64,000 bases of DNA, taken from contig JBBRSP010000011.1 of assembly GCA_038245295.1 (NCBI GenBank), forward strand, positions 1 to 64,000. The letters run 5' to 3'. Numbering within the stretch: the stretch's first letter is position 1; the number at the start of each line of letters is the position of its first letter. The stretch comes from Candidatus Binatia bacterium. GTDB taxonomy: Bacteria; Desulfobacterota; Binatia; HRBIN30. A model generated the notes under the pieces. That model made no database searches. It saw nothing but the letters and a program-made list of their open reading frames with translations, and had not been told where the DNA came from. Both the position numbers and the translations under genes were made by a program. Positions 56,901 through 64,000 of this stretch are shown in pieces.

Positions 56901-57284
56901 CTAACGCGGGCGCTTAGGGCGCCGCGGCTTGGCCTGCTGTTCCTGGTCCTCCTCGAAATGAAAGCGATGCATGATGCGATGCACGAGGGGGGCGAGCATC
57001 ACGCCGGTGACAAGAATCAATACCAGCCCTGAATACAGTGCGTAGAACGAAGCGAAGAGCTTGCCGATCAGGCGGGCGGGTTTATCGAGCGGACCCATGC
57101 CGCTGAGCAACATGGCGGCATTGAGCAGCGAGTCGTCCCACGGCAGATCGGCCCAGATATGGAAGCCGACGATTCCAAGAATGAGCGAGAAAACGATGAG
57201 CAGGGTCGAGACGCCGAAGTTGTTGAGCAGGCGGAGGGCGAATGCCCGCTGCGAGATTGGCGGTTGGGACTTGCCTTCGAACAT
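56901..57284 (-). CDS. Small 2-TM membrane protein resembling a K+-channel pore module
   Basis: TM - W.DSLLNAAMLLSGMGP - GKLFASFYALYSG TM. Confidence 0.6.
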   Translation of the reverse strand: MFEGKSQPPISQRAFALRLLNNFGVSTLLIVFSLILGIVGFHIWADLPWDDSLLNAAMLLSGMGPLDKPARLIGKLFASFYALYSGLVLILVTGVMLAPLVHRIMHRFHFEEDQEQQAKPRRPKRPR

Positions 57285-57299
57285 CTTCGCACTCCTGCG

Positions 57300-57375
57300 C
57301 GCAGGCTGAAGCCTGCGCCTACCACTCTCGATACAAAGGTGAAGCGCAACCGTTAGGCGCAGGCTTTAGCCTGCG
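57300..57375. repeat. GTAG-type REP inverted doublet, copy 4
   Basis: CGCAGGCTGAAGCCTGCGCCTACC ... TAGGCGCAGGCTTTAGCCTGCG. Confidence 0.85.
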
Positions 57376-57404
57376 GAGTATGTCGTGGCGATAGGCATCG
57401 CCGT

Positions 57405-58280
57405 TCAACTCGGCCGCGGCTTGCGCGATGGCAGCTGCTGCAGAATCGGCACCACCTCCGGCATGCGCAGGCCGCGGCGTTGCCAGTTGGCGCCGTCGAT
57501 GACGAAGGTGTGGCCGCTGACGTAGACGGCGAACGGCGAACAGAGATAGGTCGCCGCCCAGCCGAACTCGTGGGGCTGCCCGACGCGTCCGGCGGGAATC
57601 GTGCGACCGGCCTGGCTGTAACCTTCCGGACGGTTGGCGGTCATGTGGCTTGGCATATCGCTGTGTGGGAACATTCCCGGACACAGGCAGTTGACGCGAA
57701 TGCCATACTCGCCCCATTCCACCGCCAGGCTCATGGTCATGTTGACGACGCCAGCTTTCGCGGCGGCGGAGTGGGAGGCGCCGGGACCGCCGGTCCACGC
57801 GTACGTCGCACCAATGTTCAGGATGGCACCGGGTTGCTGTGTGGCGATGCGCCGCGTCGCGAACTCGTGTGAGCAGTTGAAGGTGCCGTTGAGGACGATG
57901 TCGGTGACCGAACGCCAGCCGTTCGGGCTGAGCTCCTGCGCGGCGACCGGAAAGTTGCCGGCGGCATTGTTGATCAGCACACCGACAGCGCCAAGCTCGC
58001 GTTCGACGTGATCGAACGCCGCTGCGATGGATTCGGGTTGGCGGACATCCATCGCCACCCCGACGGCTTTGGCACCGGCTTCGCCGACCGCAACGACGCC
58101 GGCGGAGCGGTGCGCTTCATCGCGACTGGCGATGGCAACGGCGGCACCGAGACGTGCAAACTCGACGGCCATTGCCTTGCCGAGACCGGTTCCACCGCCG
58201 GTGATCAAAACCACTTCGCCGGCAAATGTTCCCGCCGGCAACATCGCCGCACCAATCGGCGGCGGATTCGGAACTCCCAT
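57405..58280 (-). CDS. SDR oxidoreductase (2,4-dienoyl-CoA reductase-like)
   Basis: ITGGGTGLG, NNAAGNF, SAAAKAGV, SLAVEWG, DG. Start placed at the second Met (58280), 7 nt after the -10 box. Confidence 0.88.
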   Translation of the reverse strand: MGVPNPPPIGAAMLPAGTFAGEVVLITGGGTGLGKAMAVEFARLGAAVAIASRDEAHRSAGVVAVGEAGAKAVGVAMDVRQPESIAAAFDHVERELGAVGVLINNAAGNFPVAAQELSPNGWRSVTDIVLNGTFNCSHEFATRRIATQQPGAILNIGATYAWTGGPGASHSAAAKAGVVNMTMSLAVEWGEYGIRVNCLCPGMFPHSDMPSHMTANRPEGYSQAGRTIPAGRVGQPHEFGWAATYLCSPFAVYVSGHTFVIDGANWQRRGLRMPEVVPILQQLPSRKPRPS

Positions 58281-58287
58281 AGGCGGC

Positions 58288-58317
58288 GACATACTCGCGC
58301 CGCTCTCGGCGTGTCAA
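58288..58317 (-). promoter_or_regulatory. Putative promoter giving a leaderless SDR transcript
   Basis: Minus strand TTGACA-N18-TATGTC-N7-ATG; no SD. Confidence 0.45.
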
Positions 58318-58339
58318 TCGCAGCGGAGATGGTTCGCTC

Positions 58340-58402
58340 CGCAGGCTAAAGCCTGCGCCTACCGCGTGGGCGCAGACCGGTAGGCGCAAGCTTCAGCTTG
58401 CG
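58340..58402. repeat. GTAG-type REP inverted doublet, copy 5
   Basis: The second unit GCAAGCTTCAGCTTGC carries a compensatory base-pair change. Confidence 0.85.
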
Positions 58403-58464
58403 AAGAATACGGCGCTTGACCACGTTGACGCGCGTCGCATACACCGACCAGAGGGAGGGCCGAC

Positions 58465-59280
58465 ATGGCCGATGACTTCACCGATGCCGTAACCGTCGAG
58501 ATCGATGCGCACGTCGCGTTGGTTAGCCTCAATCGTCCAGAGCGGATGAACGCCTGGAGCTCACCGATGGGCATGGCGTTGTTCCAGCAAATGGAGGCGA
58601 TTGCCGACAACCCGGAGGTGCGCGCCGTCGTGCTTAAAGGCAACGGCCGCGCCTTCTGTTCGGGCGTCGATCTCAAGCCCGATGTCAGTGGTCGCATCGT
58701 CGGCCGTTCGCCGGCCGAAAAGGTGATGAACTACTTTCACCGCTACCGGGGCTCGCATCGGCGCACGCAGTTCATCGAAGGTATGCCGCAGCCGATCATT
58801 GCGGCGATCCACGGCTACTGCCTGGGGGCGGGTTTGGAGATCGCCATGCTTGCCGACCTGCGGCTTGCCGCTGCCGGCACACAGTTCGGTTGTCCGGAGG
58901 TGAAGATCGGCGTGGCGATCGACTGCGGGCTCGACTTGCGGCTGGCGCGGGAGATTGGTCCTGCCTGGGCCAAATGGCTGACGCTCACGGGACGTCGCAT
59001 CGATGCCGACCGTGCCTTTCAGCTCGGTCTGGTGCAGGAGGTTCATCCACCCGAGCACTTGGTCGATGTTGCGCTCGCGCTGGCCAAGGAGATTGCTGCC
59101 AACGCGCCGCTGGCGGTGCAGGCCGTGAAGCGCACCATCGACCTGCACGCCAACCGTGGCCTCGACGATGCGCTCAAGTTCGAGGCGCTGAGTGCTGCCG
59201 TTGGCTTCGTCTCCGAAGACCTGATCGAAGGCTTCGCTGCCGGTCGCGAGAAGCGCAGCGCCAACTTCGAGGGTAAGTAG
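58465..59280 (+). CDS. Enoyl-CoA hydratase/isomerase (crotonase)
   Basis: LNRPERMNA, AFCSGVDL, HGYCLGAGLE, PEVKIG, NAPLAV. Confidence 0.9.
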   Translation: MADDFTDAVTVEIDAHVALVSLNRPERMNAWSSPMGMALFQQMEAIADNPEVRAVVLKGNGRAFCSGVDLKPDVSGRIVGRSPAEKVMNYFHRYRGSHRRTQFIEGMPQPIIAAIHGYCLGAGLEIAMLADLRLAAAGTQFGCPEVKIGVAIDCGLDLRLAREIGPAWAKWLTLTGRRIDADRAFQLGLVQEVHPPEHLVDVALALAKEIAANAPLAVQAVKRTIDLHANRGLDDALKFEALSAAVGFVSEDLIEGFAAGREKRSANFEGK

Positions 59281-59387
59281 GGCCGGGGAAAGGAGATCGT
59301 TGAACGATTGGTTCCGGTTCCTACCCAATCCTACATCGTTCGCGACGGTAATCGGATCGAAACCCACACAGGGGACCACTGGAACCC

Positions 59388-59403
59388 GGGCACATCGCTT
59401 GCA
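59388..59403 (+). promoter_or_regulatory. Putative sigma54 promoter
   Basis: GGGCAC-ATCGC-TTGCA; -24 GG and -12 GC at canonical spacing. Confidence 0.45.
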
Positions 59404-59417
59404 CAGTACGTGAGCCG

Positions 59418-61052
59418 ATGTCGGCCGGTGTAACTTTCCATCCAGGGGACGCGAGCTCGGAAGCCGCGCCAACCCCGAGCTTCCGATCGCGTCGATGGCG
59501 CCGCTTTCGGTGGTTTCTTTTGGCGTTGGTGATCGTCGGAGCGCTCCTCGCTGTCGGTATTTCGGCAGCCAACGAGCCGATGCGGCGCTATCTCGAAACG
59601 ACCCTGAACGACAAGGTCGACGGCTACACGATCTACATCCCTGGTTTCCATTTCAGCCCGCTCGGTCTGGCGTTCACGTTCGAGGATCTCACGGTGGACC
59701 AGGATGCGCATCCCGATCCACCAGTCATGTACTACCCGAAGATTCGTTTCAGTGTGCAATGGGGTGCTCTGCTGCACGCCAAACTGGTTGCCGATGTGGT
59801 TCTCGACAAGCCGCTGCTGTACGTCGATCGCAGCCATCTTGAACAGGAAGGCCGCGACAAGGTCGCCCTGCAGGACAAAGGCTGGCAGGACGCCGTCGAG
59901 GCCATGTATCCATTGCGCATCGACGCGTTTCGGATTGTGAATGGTGACGTTACCTACGTCGACGATGATCCGCAGCATCCGTTGCGTCTCACCGGCTTAA
60001 ACGCCACCGTGCAGAACATCCGAAACATCCGCGCCAAAGGTCAGCCGTATCCTTCCACGTTCAAACTGACATCCGACGCGTTCGAGACCGGCAAGCTTGC
60101 GGTTGATGGGCGCGCTGACTTCCTCGCCAAACCGAATCCGACGTTTCGGACGGCGGTAAAGCTCGACGGTGCGCCGTTGGATCGCATGAAGCCGGTGTTG
60201 GCGCGCGCCAATGTGCGCACCAATGGCGGGGTGATGTCGCTCGACGGCGAAGTCGAATCGACGGCGAAAGAGCAACATGCCCACATGAAAAACGTCACCA
60301 TCCGTGATTTCAGGGTGGACTATATCCGGCCGCGCAATAGCGCCGAGAGCGAACGCGCCGCGGAGATCAAACGTGTCGCGGTGGATGCGGCCGAGCGCCC
60401 GGCGAGCGATCTGCGGGTCGACGAGCTCAAACTGGTCAACAGCACTCTCGGGTATATCAACGAGGTCGGCGATCCTGGCTACCGTGCCTTCTTGTCCGAC
60501 GCGACGATCTCGGTGCACGACGTCAGCAATCGCCCGAATGCAGCGCCGATGCGTACGGCGATCAGCGGCAAGTTCATGGGCAACGGCGTCGCCCGTATCG
60601 ATGCGACGGTGCGGCCAGGTCAGGAGCAAGCCAACTTCGACTTTGCGATGCGCGTCGAAACCACCGACATGCAGACGATGAACGACATCCTGCGAACGCA
60701 CGGCAACTTCGATGTGCGCCACGGCGAGTTCTCGCTGTACTCCGAGGTTGCGGTGCGCAACGGCGAGGTCAAGGGATACGTCAAGCCGATCTTCAAAGAC
60801 CTCGATGTCTACGACCGCCAACAAGACGGTGCCAAGTCGCCATTCCACCAATTGTATGAAGGCCTCGCCGGTGGCTTTGCCACCTTGTTCCAGAATTCAA
60901 AGGACGAGGTCGCCACCAAGGCTGACATCAGTGGCCGCCTGGAGAATCCGAAGCTCAGCACATGGGAGATCCTCGTGAACCTCGTCGAGAATGCCTTCTT
61001 CCGAGCGATCGTGCCCGGCTTCGAGAATGAGCTGAAGGCGAAGAAGGGGTAG
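59418..61052 (+). CDS. DUF748 (AsmA-like) membrane-anchored periplasmic protein
   Basis: N-terminal TM; beta-rich repeats; GYVKPIFKD..VY; LVENAFFRAI.PGF. Confidence 0.75.
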   Translation: MSAGVTFHPGDASSEAAPTPSFRSRRWRRFRWFLLALVIVGALLAVGISAANEPMRRYLETTLNDKVDGYTIYIPGFHFSPLGLAFTFEDLTVDQDAHPDPPVMYYPKIRFSVQWGALLHAKLVADVVLDKPLLYVDRSHLEQEGRDKVALQDKGWQDAVEAMYPLRIDAFRIVNGDVTYVDDDPQHPLRLTGLNATVQNIRNIRAKGQPYPSTFKLTSDAFETGKLAVDGRADFLAKPNPTFRTAVKLDGAPLDRMKPVLARANVRTNGGVMSLDGEVESTAKEQHAHMKNVTIRDFRVDYIRPRNSAESERAAEIKRVAVDAAERPASDLRVDELKLVNSTLGYINEVGDPGYRAFLSDATISVHDVSNRPNAAPMRTAISGKFMGNGVARIDATVRPGQEQANFDFAMRVETTDMQTMNDILRTHGNFDVRHGEFSLYSEVAVRNGEVKGYVKPIFKDLDVYDRQQDGAKSPFHQLYEGLAGGFATLFQNSKDEVATKADISGRLENPKLSTWEILVNLVENAFFRAIVPGFENELKAKKG

Positions 61053-61172
61053 TCGGGCTAAGTGTCTTGGACGCGATGCGAGTTCTGCGGACCGTCAGTA
61101 CCAGGATATTCCTGATTCTGGTCGAGCCTTCCCCATCAGGCCGTGCTACGAGTGATCGGGCCGGCATCCCGA

Positions 61173-62240
61173 ATGCACCAATTTCTGACCAATAATCGCG
61201 ACGAGATCATCGCGCGCACTCGAGCCAAGGTGGCTCTGAGAGACGCGCCTCGACCAACCGCGGTTGAGGTCGACCACGGCATTCCGTTCTTCTTGGACCA
61301 GCTGATCGCTACATTGCAAAATCCAGCGCCTTCGGACGACGCGGACATCAGCCGGGTTGCCACGCAACACGGCAGCGATCTGCTCAGGCGGGGCCTAACG
61401 GTGGGCCAGGTCGTGCACGACTACGGTGGACTGTGCCAGGCCATTACCGAGCTTGCGGTCGACCGGAATGAGCCGATCAGGTCAGAGGACTTCCATACGT
61501 TCAATCGTTGCCTGGACGACGCCATTGCGCAGGCAGTGACCGAGTACAGTCGCCAACGCACACAATCGGACTCCGACCAGGCCCTCGAGCGACTGGGCTT
61601 CTTCGCCCATGAGCTGCGTAACGCGCTGAATACGGCGACACTCGGCTTCGCCGCCCTCAAATCGGGTAGTGTCGGGGCACGCGGCAGCACCAGCGCGCTC
61701 ATCGAACGCAGCTTCAACCGAATGCGCGACCTCGTGAATCATTCACTTGCCGAAGTTCGACTCCAGGCGGGACTGGTGCGACGCGAGCCGCTTGTTGTCG
61801 CGACGCTCATCGAGGAGGTGGCGATCGTCGCCGCCATTGAAGCAACCGAGCATGATGTTGTGCTCACCGTCGAACCTGTCGAGTTTGGAATTGTAATCGA
61901 GGCCGACGCACAGATCCTCGTGGCGGCGTTGGTGAATCTGCTCCAGAATGCGTTCAAGTTCACCCGTCGCCATAGTCAGGTTTCGCTGCATACGACCAGC
62001 AGCGACGACCGCGTCCGAATCGAAGTCGCCGACGAGTGCGGCGGGTTGGCCGAGGGAAAGAGCGACGACCTCTTTCGTGCTTTCGCACAACGAGGCGACG
62101 ATCGAACCGGTCTCGGTCTCGGCCTGACGATCACCAGGCGGTGCGTCGAAGAGAACGGTGGCGAGCTGCGGGTGCGCAACATCCCTGGCACCGGATGTGT
62201 CTTTACGGTGGATTTGCCCAGGTCGTCCGCGCCGAGCTGA
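61173..62240 (+). CDS. Cytoplasmic sensor histidine kinase (orphan)
   Basis: H-box AHELRNAL, N-box NLLQNAFKFT, VADECGG, GLGLGL, G.GC.F; N-terminal QHG...QVVHDY helical domain. Confidence 0.9.
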   Translation: MHQFLTNNRDEIIARTRAKVALRDAPRPTAVEVDHGIPFFLDQLIATLQNPAPSDDADISRVATQHGSDLLRRGLTVGQVVHDYGGLCQAITELAVDRNEPIRSEDFHTFNRCLDDAIAQAVTEYSRQRTQSDSDQALERLGFFAHELRNALNTATLGFAALKSGSVGARGSTSALIERSFNRMRDLVNHSLAEVRLQAGLVRREPLVVATLIEEVAIVAAIEATEHDVVLTVEPVEFGIVIEADAQILVAALVNLLQNAFKFTRRHSQVSLHTTSSDDRVRIEVADECGGLAEGKSDDLFRAFAQRGDDRTGLGLGLTITRRCVEENGGELRVRNIPGTGCVFTVDLPRSSAPS

Positions 62241-62493
62241 TCCCCTGTTCGCCGTCTTCCCATGAGCGTCCAGATAAACAGATAGAGACGAATTTCCGCC
62301 CACCGACCCACCCCCACGACGCAGCAGGAAGCCCCAGGATCGCGTCCCAGGCCCCGGGATGGCTCTCCCTACGCACGCAAACTCAACGTTTTTCGGGGAT
62401 TTCCGGAAAGACCCCTTGAAAAGAAAGAGGTTTCTCGTCGTCGCCCGGCTGTGGCGCCGATGATTTCCCTTCCTTCCTCCGGCTGACCAGGGC

Positions 62494-62578
62494 AAAGGGT
62501 CCTGGCCCCGTTTCCGCGGGCGCGATGCTTGGTTCCCTTGATTAATTCCGCTGCCAGAAAAGGGTCCTGTCCCCTTTT
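62494..62578. repeat. Two direct copies of AAAGGGTCCTG(G/T)CCCC(G/T)TTT hairpin-like REP units
   Basis: Copies at 62494 and 62559. Confidence 0.6.
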
Positions 62579-62998
62579 GCAGTCGCGTGGACACCCGCGC
62601 CAACAACGCAGCGCTCGCGAAAGCCACCGACTCAGGCACCGAGTTGACGGCCGGCGACGAAGATTCGACCCGGACGCTTTCAAGGCCGCAAGCGGTTCGG
62701 CGCGCCTTCGGGCGAGGCCCAGGCTGCTGCGTTGATCCATAAGCTGCGTCGCAAGCCGCGCGCTTGATCTTCGCCGCGATCGCGGCCGCCTCAACGCTGA
62801 TGGCGTGCCGACTCGGACAGGGAAGCTGCGGGCGTCGGAGACGGTGCGGGGGATTGTGCAGCGGGGCGTGCGGAGTGAATGACGCTGGCAGAAGCCCTGT
62901 CCGGGGTCCTCCCCGGTTCTTCCCGGGCTGATCAGCGCCATCCACGCTTAACGCATTGAGTTGCTCTCGATGCCTTATCCCGCAAGGGTTTGAAGAAA

Positions 62999-63071
62999 TG
63001 GGCCGTCAGGGACTCGAACCCCGGACCCGGTGATTAAGAGTCACCTGCTCTACCAACTGAGCTAACGGCCC
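62999..63071 (-). tRNA. tRNA-Lys (anticodon CTT), CCA not encoded
   Basis: GGGCCGT-TAGCTCAGTTGGTAGAGC-A-GGTGA-CTCTTAA-TCACC...GGGGTTCGAGTCCC...ACGGCCC-A cloverleaf. Confidence 0.97.
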
Positions 63072-63110
63072 CTTGCTGCGGGAAAGTTGTCGTCGCCAAC
63101 AACGCCGCGC

Positions 63111-63140
63111 GTTCTAGCCGCGTTGCGCGAACGAAATCAA
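63111..63140 (-). promoter_or_regulatory. Putative tRNA promoter
   Basis: Minus strand TTGATT-N18-TAGAAC with GC-rich GCGCGGCG discriminator. Confidence 0.45.
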
Positions 63141-63164
63141 GTCCTGTCGAGCGGCTCGCCTATC

Positions 63165-63309
63165 TCCACCGCAGAGGCGCAGAGACGCCGAGCGCGGATC
63201 CTTGGGGAACGCGGCATCGTACTGCCTTTCGTCGCGAAACGGTTTGCCCTGCTGCTGTAAGGTTCCTTCTCGCGTTGCTGTCTCGGCGGCCCTGCGCCTC
63301 TGCGGTGGA
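63165..63309. repeat. ~145-bp element with 18-bp perfect terminal inverted repeats (ACCGCAGAG family), copy 2
   Basis: TCCACCGCAGAGGCGCAG / CTGCGCCTCTGCGGTGGA. Confidence 0.75.
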
Positions 63310-63356
63310 ATTTGCCTGCACTCGACTCACCGCGGTCAACTCTCTACATCCGCCGC

Positions 63357-64000
63357 ATGGACGCCACACGCGCGCAGCAGCTGGTGAACGAGTTGTGGGA
63401 CAGCAGCATTGTCCCGACCTTGCACGACTACATCCGCATTCCGAATCAGTCGCCCGGTTTTGATCCGCAGTGGCAGTCGAACGGACACATGGATGCGGCG
63501 GTCGAGCTGATGTGCAACTGGATCCGATCCCAAAACATTGCCGGCTTGCAGCTGGAAGTGATTCGCGAGCCTGGGCGCACGCCGCTCATCTTGATGGAGT
63601 TGGCCGGGCAGGGCGGCGATACGGTGTTGCTCTACGGCCATCTCGACAAGCAGCCACCGATGGACGGCTGGGAGGACGGGCTTGGGCCGTGGACCCCTGT
63701 GCTGCGCGACGGCAAGCTCTACGGCCGCGGCGGCGCCGACGATGGTTACGCCGCCTTCGCGACGATCGCCGCGCTCAAGGTGTTGCAAGAGCAGAAGCTG
63801 CCGCATGCGCGTCTGGTGATCGTGATCGAAGCCTGTGAGGAGAGTGGCAGCGGTGATCTGCCGCATTATCTCGCCAAGCTGAGCGAGCGCATCGGCACGC
63901 CGAGCCTGGTGGTGTGCCTCGACTCGGGTTGCGGCAACTACGAGCAGTTGTGGGTAACGTCGTCGCTGCGCGGCTTGCTCAACGGTACGCTCAGTGTCCG
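63357..64000 (+). CDS. M20/M25/M40 family metallopeptidase (runs off the window)
   Basis: Manual translation: MDATRAQQ...YIRIPNQSP.FD..W...YGHLDKQPP..GW...GKLYGRGGADDG...EACEESGS...CLDSG...TSSLRG. Confidence 0.9.
   Translation, partial: MDATRAQQLVNELWDSSIVPTLHDYIRIPNQSPGFDPQWQSNGHMDAAVELMCNWIRSQNIAGLQLEVIREPGRTPLILMELAGQGGDTVLLYGHLDKQPPMDGWEDGLGPWTPVLRDGKLYGRGGADDGYAAFATIAALKVLQEQKLPHARLVIVIEACEESGSGDLPHYLAKLSERIGTPSLVVCLDSGCGNYEQLWVTSSLRGLLNGTLSV

Noticed and set aside
61743..62945. 400-aa minus-strand ORF downstream of the tRNA, considered as an integrase
   Set aside because: Low-complexity R/P/G/S-rich translation, overlaps the kinase antisense, runs through repeats, and shows no tyrosine or serine recombinase motifs.

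Overview
High-GC bacterial chromosomal window. The gene repertoire and promoter style suggest a deltaproteobacteria-like or Binatota-like lineage; this is inference only. It opens on the last 28 codons and probable right end of an IS110-family element. It then runs through housekeeping clusters (folE / ThrB-like / queE / glycerate kinase / dksA-like / SPFH-NfeD; rimO; nnr-tsaE-lysC-cimA; iscS-mnmA-mtaB-rnc; efp) and ends at tRNA-Lys(CTT) and a truncated M20 peptidase. The most striking region is 26.85-45.3 kb. Three tandem paralogous secreted, basic, Cys-containing ~200-aa proteins that I cannot assign to a family sit behind a near-consensus promoter and end at a strong terminator. They abut a ~16-kb glycan locus: a GT-C-type membrane glycosyltransferase, five GT2, two GT4, a methyltransferase, two paralogous radical SAM/SPASM-twitch enzymes, a Wzx flippase, a sulfatase-fold lipoprotein with eroded active-site motifs, and WecB. 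I propose this as a candidate undescribed glycosylated surface-protein (S-layer, sheath or filament) system. Other oddities: a ThrB-like probable pseudokinase, an EF-P with a PGNW loop, a secreted phosphatase with a duplicated unknown C-terminal domain, a cold-shock-fold protein lacking RNP aromatics, at least five families of intergenic palindromic repeats, and recurring promoters with 18-bp spacers. All product calls come from motif recognition by eye; no database searches were run.
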